IMG/VR virus record: IMGVR_UViG_3300032239_000537
Coordinates: 1-40,179 of that record
Length of the DNA stretch: 40,179 nucleotides
Direction: 5' to 3' (one strand)
Source of the DNA: a virus
Taxonomy: Duplodnaviria > Caudoviricetes
Shown here: positions 1 to 8,021 of the stretch, piece after piece
Position numbering within the stretch: the first letter of the stretch is position 1
Layout of the letters: the number at the start of each line of letters is the position of its first letter
Program-made: the position numbers and the translations under genes
Notes under the pieces: model-generated
What the model saw: the letters and a program-made list of their open reading frames with translations, nothing else
What the model was told of the DNA's origin: nothing
Database searches by the model: none

Positions 1-2
1 AG

Positions 3-1097
3 TTGCGCTCTGCCCGTCAGGCCAACAGCACGCGAGCCTACCAAGGCACCGGCGGCGCGTTCGATCCCGCCAACGACGGTGCCCCGCTCAGCGCGGGCCT
101 CGCCGACACGCTGACGGCCAACCCGCTCTACGCGCGGATCCACTCGGCCGAGGTGAAGGCTCATAACGAGACAGCGCCGATCACCAACCGGAAGGCCCCG
201 CTGTTTGCCCTCGACGAGAAGGGTAAGCCCATCGTGGACCCGGTGACCGGCCGCACGATCCTCGCCCGCCCGCCAACGACCCAAGACGTGGACATGATCA
301 AGCGGGCCAATGATCAGCAGGTATACGGCAACACGGTCGCGGCCAAGACCGGCCAACCTAACTGGGCAGACGCGGAGGTCAGGAACCGGTCCGACGCGTC
401 GGCGGCTCTGCTCAGGCCCGCAGACGAGGCCAACAAAGCCTACGCCGCGGCGCGCCAGTCTCACGCCACGGACACCGAGTTGATGGCGGCCCACGAGAGC
501 GGCACCAACTTCCTGAACGACTCGATGCAGCCCGGCGCAGTGGAGGCCGCGGTCTCGAAGATGAAGCCAGAGGAATTGGAGCAGTACCGGCTTGGCGTGG
601 CGCAGGCCATCGCGGGCAGGCTCGGCAACGCGCCGGGCGCGAACGCGTTTCGTGGCGTGCTGATGACGCCCAACCGGCAGGCCGCGCTGCGGGCGATCTT
701 CCCGGACTCCGAGAGCGCGGCCCGCTTCGAGGCGATGCTGCGCAACGAGACCCAGATGGCCCGCACGCGTAACGTGGTCATGGGAGGCTCCCAGACGGCC
801 AACAAGGCGGCCGACGCGGCCACCGAGATGATGGACCTAGCCCACGCCGCGAGCGGCTCCCCGCACGGCATGATGGCCGGGGCCAACCGGATGTGGCAGC
901 GCTTCACCAACAACGAGCAGGCCCGGGCTGCGATCACGAACGACCTGTTTATGAAGCAGGGCCCGAAACTTGACGAGGCGCTGCAGGCTCTGGCGGCGCT
1001 GCAGCGCGCGCGGGCCAACCGGCGTGCGGGCGCGTCTCAGTTGGGCACCGCGATCACAGCGCCGGGCGCGCTGCAGATCAACAACGCCCTCGACTAG
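3..1097 (+). CDS. C-terminal part of a ~719-aa putative DNA ejection/internal virion protein that starts at 39098 and wraps the junction
   Basis: The frame from ATG 39098 is open to the window end. Codon TTG at 40163 equals nt 3. The protein is Ala-rich and is the last gene of the virion operon. Confidence 0.8.
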   Translation: MRSARQANSTRAYQGTGGAFDPANDGAPLSAGLADTLTANPLYARIHSAEVKAHNETAPITNRKAPLFALDEKGKPIVDPVTGRTILARPPTTQDVDMIKRANDQQVYGNTVAAKTGQPNWADAEVRNRSDASAALLRPADEANKAYAAARQSHATDTELMAAHESGTNFLNDSMQPGAVEAAVSKMKPEELEQYRLGVAQAIAGRLGNAPGANAFRGVLMTPNRQAALRAIFPDSESAARFEAMLRNETQMARTRNVVMGGSQTANKAADAATEMMDLAHAASGSPHGMMAGANRMWQRFTNNEQARAAITNDLFMKQGPKLDEALQALAALQRARANRRAGASQLGTAITAPGALQINNALD

Positions 1098-1276
1098 CGG
1101 CGGGTGTGGGCCCACCACTCTAGCCCGCTCGCGACGCGCTCCGCCGATTGATCTCGGCGGCGGCGCTCTACGGTGAAGGGGTCTTCCGGTACCGGGAGAC
1201 CCTTTCGCTTTGCCTCGTCGGCGTTCGTGCGCCACTCGATCCACGTCCAGTAGTCAACCGCGATCCCGTGCGTCAC
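1094..1276 (-). CDS. Hypothetical protein (60 aa)
   Basis: GTG start overlaps the stop of the upstream HTH gene; last gene of the leftward cassette. Confidence 0.55.
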   Translation of the reverse strand: MTHGIAVDYWTWIEWRTNADEAKRKGLPVPEDPFTVERRRRDQSAERVASGLEWWAHTRR

Positions 1277-1491
1277 AGGCGGACCACGGACGCGAGTCCT
1301 TCAAGGGCGAACTGCACCACGTACGGCATGGTATTGCGGCTGCGCTTCTTCAGCGACAGGTAGCCTCGCATCGTTCGCGGGTCAATCCCGATCCGCCTCG
1401 CGGCCTCCTGCTGAGAGAGGCCCGAGACTTCAATCAACGTCCGCAGGTAATGCGGGTTGGGCATGTGGTTCATCACGTCAGGCTTAGCCAT
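1273..1491 (-). CDS. Small XRE-family helix-turn-helix protein (72 aa)
   Basis: LRTLIEVSGLSQQEAARRIGIDPRTMRGYL is an HTH signature; AGGAG RBS. Confidence 0.85.
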   Translation of the reverse strand: MAKPDVMNHMPNPHYLRTLIEVSGLSQQEAARRIGIDPRTMRGYLSLKKRSRNTMPYVVQFALEGLASVVRL

Positions 1492-1501
1492 GTCTTTCTC
1501 C

Positions 1502-1708
1502 TTAGACCGGGATACCGGCCGCGCGCAGGTCCGCGAGGCGCTTGTGCTCTGGGTAGGTGGAGCCCGTGCGGAAGCAGGCCATGTACGTGATGTCGACGCC
1601 GGTCAGCGGGGCACCGCTCGGGCGCGTGCCCTTGCCGGTGCGGGCGATGCGGGCATACACCTTCTGCAGGTCTTTCAGTTCAGAGTGATGAATCTTAGAC
1701 ATTGTCAT
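1502..1708 (-). CDS. Hypothetical protein
   Basis: GGAG RBS with a palindromic box (1714-1727) directly upstream. Confidence 0.65.
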   Translation of the reverse strand: MTMSKIHHSELKDLQKVYARIARTGKGTRPSGAPLTGVDITYMACFRTGSTYPEHKRLADLRAAGIPV

Positions 1709-1754
1709 TCTCCAGTCGTGGACTACTTGGGGATGGTAAATAAAGGGCAGTGGA

Positions 1755-2288
1755 TCAGCGGTGCATCTCGTACACCGCTTCGACGCGGGCGCGCTTCTTG
1801 ATGCGCTTGTCCGCGGTGGAGATGATCTCGCCGACCCGTCCGCACGCGTAGCGGCGTCCGCTGACGAGTTGGAAGTGGTTACCGGCGACGATCAGGTAGA
1901 CGCGGCCCTCGGTCAGGCGCTTCTCTGAGCGCAGGCGGCGCAGGGCACCGGCCAGTGTCTTGCCGCGCATTTCAAGGCCCAACACGGGCTCGGTGCGGAT
2001 GCCGTTATCGTGGAGCACCGGGCGGACATGATAGGTGTGTGCGCCGCGCACGGCGCGCTGACCGGAGTACTGGCGGATGGCGGCGGCCGCGTCGTTCGTG
2101 GTCATGCCGGTGAGGAACGAGATCACGGCCGGGCCGCAGTAGCGGTTGTGCCCGGCCGGGCGGTTGAGCGGCTTCAGTCGGACCGGCGAGCGCTTGATGT
2201 TGTGGGACATCAGCGCGGCCTGCGCGGCGGGCACCGGGCGCTTGTCTGGGGCCGGGCCGTTCAGCGTAAACAGTTTGGTGATTTCCAT
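1755..2288 (-). CDS. Putative papain-fold (C39-like) cysteine peptidase
   Basis: N-R-Y-C-G-P-A motif and a later hydrophobic strand followed by G-N-H-F; GGGAG RBS. Confidence 0.55.
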   Translation of the reverse strand: MEITKLFTLNGPAPDKRPVPAAQAALMSHNIKRSPVRLKPLNRPAGHNRYCGPAVISFLTGMTTNDAAAAIRQYSGQRAVRGAHTYHVRPVLHDNGIRTEPVLGLEMRGKTLAGALRRLRSEKRLTEGRVYLIVAGNHFQLVSGRRYACGRVGEIISTADKRIKKRARVEAVYEMHR

Positions 2289-2304
2289 GTCAGTCTCCCT
2301 TCGA

Positions 2305-2520
2305 TTACCAGTTGAACACTTCGATGATCACTGCCGGGCGGTCGCCGACACGTAACTTGCTAACGACGGTCATCGTCACCGAGCCGTCGCGCTCGCGCAT
2401 CGTGCGGGAGCGGCCGCCGTCGGCCTCGATGCCCTTCTTGATCAAGACCCACTCCTTGCGGCTCTTGACCACGACATTGTTCATGGCGTCGACGCCCTGA
2501 TGGTTGCCTGCCTTTACCAT
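2305..2520 (-). CDS. Hypothetical protein (71 aa)
   Basis: GAGGAG RBS; overlaps the end of the upstream ORF. Confidence 0.6.
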   Translation of the reverse strand: MVKAGNHQGVDAMNNVVVKSRKEWVLIKKGIEADGGRSRTMRERDGSVTMTVVSKLRVGDRPAVIIEVFNW

Positions 2521-2675
2521 TGGTTGCGCTCCTCAAAACGACGCTCTTGACGGCGGAACTCGCGGGCCTCGTCATCCAGTTGGCGGGCCAAGCGCATGTC
2601 ATCCGCGTAGGTGCCCGGCATCGGTTCATCCTTGAACCGGCGCGGGGCGGGGGGTGGGGCGATTCGGTCTTTCAT
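2514..2675 (-). CDS. Hypothetical protein (53 aa, MKDRIAPPPAPRRFKDEPMPGTYADD...), not in the ORF track
   Basis: AGGAGA RBS at 2681-2686; first ORF downstream of the promoter at 2706-2734; stop TAA at 2514-2516. Confidence 0.7.
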   Translation of the reverse strand: MKDRIAPPPAPRRFKDEPMPGTYADDMRLARQLDDEAREFRRQERRFEERNQW

Positions 2676-2691
2676 TTCGGTCTCCTGTTTA

Positions 2692-2739
2692 AGTAACGTG
2701 CTACTAGTATAGGGCGGTGGTTCCTAGTAGTCAACTACT
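2692..2739 (-). promoter_or_regulatory. Sigma70 promoter TTGACT-17-TATACT with palindromic boxes at 2726-2739 and 2692-2705
   Basis: -35 at 2729-2734, -10 at 2706-2711; AGTAGTCAACTACT overlaps the -35. Confidence 0.88.
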
Positions 2740-3385
2740 CATTCGAGATAATTTTTGGGCGGCTGATGACGGTCTGCTTAATACCCTCGCGCTCGCCGTG
2801 TTCCTTTACCGTGGCCTTCACGGTGACGCGAGTCAGTTTCTTGCGCTCCCACATGTTGTTGACAATCTCAGTGCCGCCGTAAGAAAGATCGTTCGAGCCC
2901 TTGTAGACGATCACGTTGCCTGCATCGTCGCGCATCAGGTGAATGTAGGTCATGCCAAACTGTGTATCGAACGAAAGCACTTTCTTGATGTTCAGGTTGA
3001 ACTCTAGGCGCTTGCCAACCTCGCCCACGTGCTGCGACAGGCTGTCGGCCGCGTGTTGTGCTTCCTTGCGCTTCTCAGACTCAACAACCCACTTTTCCTT
3101 GCGGGAGAGGGCAGAGCGAATGATCTCGGTTTGCTTCTCGCTCGGCGCTCCCCAATCAAGGAACGAATCGCGCATGGTCAACAAAAACGATCCAAAGTTG
3201 CCAGAATACATTCCCTCGATCAGCGGGCTGCCCTCGAACTCGCCCGTCTGAAAAAGCCAGTCATGGAGGCGCTGACCGTCCGGGTTTGCGGCGAACCAGT
3301 TGGCGCGGCGGGTCTTGTTTGCATTGCCGCGAATGTAGCGCTTGATCGCGGCCTCGTATGCGTCTCGGTTCCAAACGTCGGTCAT
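2735..3385 (-). CDS. Early protein with a probable C-terminal OB-fold (216 aa)
   Basis: Start revised to ATG 3385 (GGGAG RBS, downstream of the promoter). C-terminal HVGEVGKRLEF...VKATVKEH...QTVISRPK is beta-rich and OB-like. Confidence 0.7.
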   Translation of the reverse strand: MTDVWNRDAYEAAIKRYIRGNANKTRRANWFAANPDGQRLHDWLFQTGEFEGSPLIEGMYSGNFGSFLLTMRDSFLDWGAPSEKQTEIIRSALSRKEKWVVESEKRKEAQHAADSLSQHVGEVGKRLEFNLNIKKVLSFDTQFGMTYIHLMRDDAGNVIVYKGSNDLSYGGTEIVNNMWERKKLTRVTVKATVKEHGEREGIKQTVISRPKIISNE

Positions 3386-3431
3386 GGCAATCTCCCGGTG
3401 AAGGCCCCGGAACACCCGGGCCTTGGAAAGA

Positions 3432-3465
3432 ACTATAGGCGAGGTTTTCCTAGTAGTCAACTACT
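3432..3465 (-). promoter_or_regulatory. Sigma70 promoter TTGACT-17-TATAGT with box AGTAGTCAACTACT (3452-3465)
   Basis: -35 at 3455-3460, -10 at 3432-3437; shares TTCCTAGTAGTCAACTACT with 2721 and 4742. Confidence 0.88.
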
Positions 3466-3478
3466 TGTTCAAACTTTT

Positions 3479-3718
3479 TTACATGCCCCCATAACCAGTC
3501 GTTTCCTGCCCGAAACTTCCGCCCATCCCGGCCTGCTTTTCTGCCCACTCTCGGATGGTCCTGTAAGCCGCCACGCGGGCCCCGCCTTCGGTCTGATACC
3601 GGCCGCCGTCTTTCATTACCGCAACCTGCCTTCCGCCCTGTATGACGCGCAGGACGCCGTATCGGCCGCGGGCGTCTTGCTCGACGTGGCTCAGTTCGAG
3701 CCTCAGCGCGGCGCTCAC
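3479..3718 (-). CDS. Hypothetical protein (79 aa)
   Basis: Translationally coupled within the leftward operon. Confidence 0.6.
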   Translation of the reverse strand: MSAALRLELSHVEQDARGRYGVLRVIQGGRQVAVMKDGGRYQTEGGARVAAYRTIREWAEKQAGMGGSFGQETTGYGGM

Positions 3719-3915
3719 GGCATCACCTCCACGCCTGCCCGGGCGAAGCGCGCCTTGCCTGCCACGAAGCGCCTCACGGCCTCCTTGAGCCCGGCCGGGT
3801 CGGTGATGTCACCGAAGACCTGATGGAGCAGGACGATGCCTTCCGAGGCCTCTCCGGTGACGTGCCACGTGTTGCGGCCGTTGGTGACCTTGCGGTCGTT
3901 GAAATGGACTTTCAT
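3715..3915 (-). CDS. Hypothetical protein (66 aa, MKVHFNDRK...)
   Basis: Start revised to ATG 3915 (GAGGA RBS, ATGA overlap). Confidence 0.6.
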   Translation of the reverse strand: MKVHFNDRKVTNGRNTWHVTGEASEGIVLLHQVFGDITDPAGLKEAVRRFVAGKARFARAGVEVMP

Positions 3916-4130
3916 TGATTCCTCTCCTGCATTTCCTTCATTGCGATCCTTGCCCACTCGACCCACTTCTCGACCGAGATGTGGCTTGTGTAGCAAACCA
4001 TTTCCGACACCGTGTCGTAGTGACCGTCCTCATCGTGGACCCAGTAGTGGTATCCCTCGCCGCGGACCAACTCTAACGGGATACCGGCCTTCCTGACGGC
4101 GGCGTTCACGCTCCTGATCGTGGCCTTCAC
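3912..4130 (-). CDS. Hypothetical protein (72 aa)
   Basis: GGAGG RBS; GTGA overlap with the upstream gene. Confidence 0.7.
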   Translation of the reverse strand: MKATIRSVNAAVRKAGIPLELVRGEGYHYWVHDEDGHYDTVSEMVCYTSHISVEKWVEWARIAMKEMQERNQ

Positions 4131-4462
4131 GGCGCGCCTCCAGTGGCTTTGGCGATGGCGGCGACGGCCGCGAGGTATGCCTCCATGTCGGCCTTTCCTG
4201 CTACGTCGCTAGGCTTAACATCGTTAGCAAGCCAACGGACGTGGGAAGGGAAGTGCTTCAGAGCCTCTTGCAGCGCCGCCAACAGTTCAGGCGCGGCTGC
4301 TATCAATCGCGCGTTGGCCTCGGCCTCCTTGCGATCCTCGTAGCCCGTCTCTTGATCGAGGACCTGAACCGTCGCCCAGACTCGGTTGCCGCCCGAGCGC
4401 GTGCTCATAACTTCGTTCATCTGCGAGGCCCACGGGCCCGGCGTGTGGTTGATGTGGCTCAC
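4127..4462 (-). CDS. Conserved phage early protein of the HTPGPW...NARLIAAAPELL type
   Basis: Both hallmark motifs are present; GGAGG RBS. Confidence 0.8.
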   Translation of the reverse strand: MSHINHTPGPWASQMNEVMSTRSGGNRVWATVQVLDQETGYEDRKEAEANARLIAAAPELLAALQEALKHFPSHVRWLANDVKPSDVAGKADMEAYLAAVAAIAKATGGAP

Positions 4463-4683
4463 AGCGCACCTCCCAGCGCCCGCGCAGATGCGTTGCCCGG
4501 AACAACAACGTAATCAGGAAAGCGCGAGGGGTGAACGCTCAGCGCGATCTCAATCGCTTCTTCTGGGCTGGCGGCCAAAAACTTGTGACCGATAAACACC
4601 AGCGACTTGTCGTCGTAATACGTTGACACGCATCCCAGCGAAACCGCATATGTTCTAACGTCTTTCATGTCTCGGATAATCAT
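4459..4683 (-). CDS. Hypothetical protein (74 aa)
   Basis: GGGAG RBS; first ORF after the promoter at 4727-4755. Confidence 0.65.
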   Translation of the reverse strand: MIIRDMKDVRTYAVSLGCVSTYYDDKSLVFIGHKFLAASPEEAIEIALSVHPSRFPDYVVVPGNASARALGGAL

Positions 4684-4726
4684 TGTTCATCTCCCGGTAG
4701 GTGCCAGCGGTGCTGGCTTGGTGTGA

Positions 4727-4760
4727 ATCATAGGCGGCCTTTTCCTAGTAGTCAACTACT
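4727..4760 (-). promoter_or_regulatory. Sigma70 promoter TTGACT-17-TATGAT with box AGTAGTCAACTACT (4747-4760)
   Basis: -35 at 4750-4755, -10 at 4727-4732. Confidence 0.88.
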
Positions 4761-4783
4761 CGATTCCATATCGTTTCGTTATG

Positions 4784-4969
4784 AGTGTCTAAACTTTGGC
4801 GATTGCAAGCCATTGATAAGGCTATTGGACCCGGTCCCTCTTAATCAATTGGTCGTAGGTTCGATCCCTACACGGCCCACCAAATCAAGCACTTACAAGC
4901 GTCTAAATTCAAAAGTGTCTAAACCTTAGACGCTTGTCTAAGGATCGGTTTTCAGTAGTCCGCGTCTAG
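4784..4969. promoter_or_regulatory. attP arms: IHF consensus sites and GTCTAA integrase arm-type repeats
   Basis: WATCAANNNNTTR at 4883-4895 (+) and 4806-4818 (-). AGTGTCTAAAC at 4784 and 4914, with related copies near 4899, 4926 (inverted), 4935 and 4962. Confidence 0.75.
4838..4882 (+). other. attP core: 3' half of tRNA-Lys(CTT), from anticodon loop to CCA
   Basis: CTCTTAATCAATTGGTCGTAGGTTCGATCCCTACACGGCCCACCA has anticodon loop CT-CTT-AA, T-loop GGTTCGATCC and a CCA end. The 5' half is absent. It lies just past the integrase stop. Confidence 0.92.
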
Positions 4970-5886
4970 ATCGTGGGCTCCGTGACCTCGCCCCGCAGGT
5001 AGGTCCCCAACTTCGAGTGACGGCCCAGTACCGCGTGCGGCGCGTCGGTGGCCGCCTTCGCCCGGATGTCATGGAAGTGCCAGTCCACCTCAAGCCGACG
5101 CATCGCAGACTGCACGGCCCACGTGCCCCACGGCCTGCCAAACCGGTTGGTGAAAATGTGATCACACTTCGAGCGCTTGCGCGCGCGCGCCAGTAACTTA
5201 TCAAGCGCGCGCGATCTCTTGATGATCCTGCGCTTGCCCGTCTTGCCTTCAGCAAAGCGTAGCGCGTCATCCGACAGGTCGGACCACTTCAGCGCGATCA
5301 AGTCGCCTTGCCTTGCGCCAAGCAGGTACGCGCCCCACAGCAGTTCGCGCATCGAGCGATTCGACCGCTTCATCGCCGAGCGAAGTTCAGCGCTCGTCAC
5401 GTACCGATCCCTCGGCTTCTCCGACGCGCGCGGGCTCTGGTGTAGCGGGTTGAACTCGGCCCAACCCTCGCTCAGCGCGTACTGGTACGCGGCCATCAAC
5501 ACCGAGCGTTCGCGGTTCGCAGATACCGAATGGCCCTCTCGTCGAGAGCGCTGCGACACGTAGCGCGCCACGTCGCCGGGCGTGAGCGCGCCGACCTCAA
5601 TCTCGCCGAACGCGTAGCGTATGCGGGCCTCAATCGCACGCCGGTACGCGCGCTGCGATACCGGCGAGAGGTGAGTCATGCCCTCGTGGATGAATCGGTC
5701 GAGGAGGTCCGAGATCGTCTTAGGTGGTCTGAGATCGTCAGGCTGATTCAATTCCGCGAGCGCGGCCATCATCGCGGCCCGGCCCTCGCTTTCGCGCGTG
5801 AGCGGAATCCAGACGGTCTTCTTGTCGATCTGCCGCACGGAATAATAGCGGCCGTTTTTTAGGTGGACTGACTTTGGGAGGGACAT
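4966..5886 (-). CDS. int: Tyrosine integrase
   Basis: Catalytic motifs GARQGD (R), KTGK (K), HDIR (HxxR), LGxH and a downstream Y; adjacent to attP. Confidence 0.93.
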   Translation of the reverse strand: MSLPKSVHLKNGRYYSVRQIDKKTVWIPLTRESEGRAAMMAALAELNQPDDLRPPKTISDLLDRFIHEGMTHLSPVSQRAYRRAIEARIRYAFGEIEVGALTPGDVARYVSQRSRREGHSVSANRERSVLMAAYQYALSEGWAEFNPLHQSPRASEKPRDRYVTSAELRSAMKRSNRSMRELLWGAYLLGARQGDLIALKWSDLSDDALRFAEGKTGKRRIIKRSRALDKLLARARKRSKCDHIFTNRFGRPWGTWAVQSAMRRLEVDWHFHDIRAKAATDAPHAVLGRHSKLGTYLRGEVTEPTI

Positions 5887-6076
5887 CTAGGCGGACCTTG
5901 CCTTGACCAATTGACTGCCCACCTTGAATGGACCGCGTCAACTCGTCAAGCGTGGTAAACGGCCGACCGCGGCCATCCTTGGCAAACGAGATGCGCTCTC
6001 GCTTCATCCACCGCATCACGGCAGTAGTGCGCGACTTGCCGCTCGCGCGCTGCAGGTCAGAGAAGGTGACGATCAT
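5738..6076 (-). CDS. Putative excisionase (DUF4224-like)
   Basis: MIVTFSDLQRASGKSRTTAVMRWMKRERISFAKDGRGRP is a winged-HTH-like pattern directly upstream of int; the ORF tail overlaps int. Confidence 0.6.
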   Translation of the reverse strand: MIVTFSDLQRASGKSRTTAVMRWMKRERISFAKDGRGRPFTTLDELTRSIQGGQSIGQGKVRLDVPPKVSPPKKRPLLFRAADRQEDRLDSAHARKRGPGRDDGRARGIESA

Positions 6077-6251
6077 AGTAATCATCCTCGAAACTAAACC
6101 ACTCGCAAATCTCTTCAATGACGGCCGCTGAGATGGCGTTGATGATGAATTCCTCGCTTGGCGTGTCGTCATGCTTGTGCGCTCTCTTCCACCCTCGTTT
6201 GACACCGTCGTCGACCGACTGCTCAATCAGCCTGAATGTCTTGGGTCTCAT
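6057..6251 (-). CDS. Hypothetical protein (64 aa, MRPKTFRLIEQSVDDG...)
   Basis: GAGGG RBS; packed within the operon. Confidence 0.65.
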   Translation of the reverse strand: MRPKTFRLIEQSVDDGVKRGWKRAHKHDDTPSEEFIINAISAAVIEEICEWFSFEDDYYDRHLL

Positions 6252-6411
6252 GCTTTGCCCTCGTAGGCCAGTAAGATTGACAGCCGCCGTCAGCATCAAG
6301 CGGGGGCGTCACAAAAAACGCTTGCCCATACTTGTCTTCGGTGGCCGTGTGTCGGTAGCAGGTGTCCTTACGCGCGCAGAGCGTGCCATCGCACATGGTG
6401 ATGTCAGGCAT
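6223..6411 (-). CDS. Small Cys-rich phage protein
   Basis: DITMC-x4-C-x5-CYR...C pattern; GAGGG RBS. Confidence 0.7.
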   Translation of the reverse strand: MPDITMCDGTLCARKDTCYRHTATEDKYGQAFFVTPPLDADGGCQSYWPTRAKHETQDIQAD

Positions 6412-6610
6412 GCGGGTCCCTCACGTAGTGCGGCCTAAAGGCGTGCAAGGCCGCGTACTCGATGTCAGAGATCATTCCCCGGTATGGCGGCTGATCCGTG
6501 ATCTCCAGTATCTTTGAGAGCGCCTCGCGATACCGGTTCGCCATCGTGTTGGCGTCGTGCAGGGCCTCGCGCTGCTTATCCATCAGAGCCCAGTAGTCAG
6601 GCGTGGTCAT
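6404..6610 (-). CDS. Hypothetical protein (68 aa)
   Basis: ATGA coupling with the upstream gene. Confidence 0.6.
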   Translation of the reverse strand: MTTPDYWALMDKQREALHDANTMANRYREALSKILEITDQPPYRGMISDIEYAALHAFRPHYVRDPHA

Positions 6611-6798
6611 GCGTCACCCAAGAACGGTCCGGTCTTAAGGGCCTGCGCGGCGAGCGCGGTCGTGCGGTCTCGCTTGTCGCCCTCGTCGACGATCATCTCA
6701 AGCACCTGCCGAAGCCGGTAAACCTCAGCCTCATAGTTGGCCCGCTGCATGCAGCAATTCGTCTTGATGGCAGGCCGATCTAAAATTTTCTCTGTCAT
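6607..6798 (-). CDS. Hypothetical protein (63 aa, MTEKILDRP...)
   Basis: Start revised to ATG 6798 with an AGGAGA RBS. Confidence 0.6.
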   Translation of the reverse strand: MTEKILDRPAIKTNCCMQRANYEAEVYRLRQVLEMIVDEGDKRDRTTALAAQALKTGPFLGDA

Positions 6799-6881
6799 GC
6801 GTGTCTCCTGAATAGGTGCCGCTGTCTCGCACGCGGCGCTCGGCGTGATCTGGTGACGTGTTTTTAGGGAGACTGTCACCC

Positions 6882-7331
6882 TCACGCTGCCCCCGTTATT
6901 TGCGCCACGGTGGGCTTGGCTAACCGAAACTCGCTTGATGGGATCAGGTACACCGGCTCTACGTCGCCGTTCTGTCCGCGTGAGTTGCCTCCCACGCTTA
7001 CCGGCCCGGGGGCCATCTCTGGCACGCGCCAGTACCAGATGCCGTCGGGCCACTCGATGACGAGGAAGGAAGGGAGCGCGCTGTCTCTTGCGAGACACGC
7101 CAACTTCCAAACCTTTGCGGCGCTGATCAGCAGCGAGTCATACTTAACTTTTCGGGCCTTGAACTCCGCCCACGCAACGACCTTTTGAGAGCGCGTGATG
7201 GCGAAGTCGACGCCGTACAGCGTCTCGCTCAACTTCACCGCGTCTGCGTTGAACCGGCTTGCAAACGCGCCGATTCCGCGCTGTTCGTTAACTCGGTCCT
7301 GAGCAGTTTCGTTACGTGGACGCCAGTTCAT
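6882..7331 (-). CDS. PD-(D/E)XK family nuclease
   Basis: YGVDFAI...WAEFKAR catalytic pattern. Confidence 0.7.
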   Translation of the reverse strand: MNWRPRNETAQDRVNEQRGIGAFASRFNADAVKLSETLYGVDFAITRSQKVVAWAEFKARKVKYDSLLISAAKVWKLACLARDSALPSFLVIEWPDGIWYWRVPEMAPGPVSVGGNSRGQNGDVEPVYLIPSSEFRLAKPTVAQITGAA

Positions 7332-7333
7332 CG

Positions 7334-8020
7334 TTAGCGCCTCTTGGTGCGCTCGTCGATTGCGTACAGTTCGCGCATCAGCACGAACGCCCGCTTCTCG
7401 TTATCGAGTTCGCCGTACGAGTGGTGCGCGAAGTCGGCGCTCTCCTTGGCGATTCGCAGGATGTGAAATCCCTTGGGCGTCAACTCTGGTCGGTTCTCTT
7501 CAAGCAACAGCGCGTAGGCCGCGAGTTGGTACAGGTAGTCGCCGTAGATAGCGTTGGAGGTCTTCCAGTCCAACAAAACGATCTCATCGCCGATCTTGCC
7601 GATGGCATCGAGCGTGCCGCCGTACTGATGCGCCTCGCTCACGAGACCCATCTCGGTCGCGACGATCTCGATGCGCGTCTGGTCGGCCCACCTGCGGTAT
7701 TGCTCGAACGCGTTAAGGGCCCGCGTGTAAACGCCAAGGTCGGTCTCAGGGTCGGCCGTGAAAGCCTGACCAAGGATGTGAGCCTCGATCATGTTGTGGC
7801 CGATGGTGCCCGCCTCAGCGGCCTTTGCCGTCTCGCCTGACTTGTCGTACAGGTCGCGAGGCGCGGGCAGGCCTTGAGCCTCTAACTCGGCGTGAGCGCG
7901 GCCCTGCCGGTAGGCCCACTTGATTAGCGCCCCGGAGTCTTTGTAGCGTGACAGGATGGTCGTAACGCTCGGGAGGCGCTTGCCGTCCTTGTTGCGGTAG
8001 CCCTGTGATGGTGTCGGCAT
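7334..8020 (-). CDS. PD-(D/E)XK exonuclease (228 aa)
   Basis: PSVTTIL, GTIGH, YGGTLD, LLDWKTS and QLAAY motifs; start revised to ATG 8020 (GAGG RBS). Confidence 0.85.
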   Translation of the reverse strand: MPTPSQGYRNKDGKRLPSVTTILSRYKDSGALIKWAYRQGRAHAELEAQGLPAPRDLYDKSGETAKAAEAGTIGHNMIEAHILGQAFTADPETDLGVYTRALNAFEQYRRWADQTRIEIVATEMGLVSEAHQYGGTLDAIGKIGDEIVLLDWKTSNAIYGDYLYQLAAYALLLEENRPELTPKGFHILRIAKESADFAHHSYGELDNEKRAFVLMRELYAIDERTKRR

Positions 8021-8021
8021 G

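Noticed and set aside
1-19. Physical direct terminal repeat of the virion DNA
   Set aside because: It is only 19 nt and lies inside a continuous ORF, so it is best explained as assembly overlap.
2644-2659. G4-C-G6-T-G4 run as a second G-quadruplex/origin element
   Set aside because: Explained by the Pro codons (APPPAP) of the minus-strand 53-aa ORF.
2726-2739. Palindrome as a known host box (E. coli-type LexA CTGT-N8-ACAG, Xylella LexA TTAG-N6-TACTA, GTAC-N4-GTAC-type LexA, NtcA GTA-N8-TAC)
   Set aside because: Half-site or spacing differs: here it is AGTAG-N4-CTACT. An uncharacterised host regulator is not excluded.
2721-4760. CRISPR-like array from the 19-bp repeats
   Set aside because: Copies are 0.7-1.3 kb apart, separated by genes, and form promoters; there are no cas genes.
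4805-4882. Intact tRNA-Lys gene
   Set aside because: There is no acceptor 5' strand, D-arm or 5' anticodon stem upstream of 4838. Only the 3' half is present, as expected for attP.
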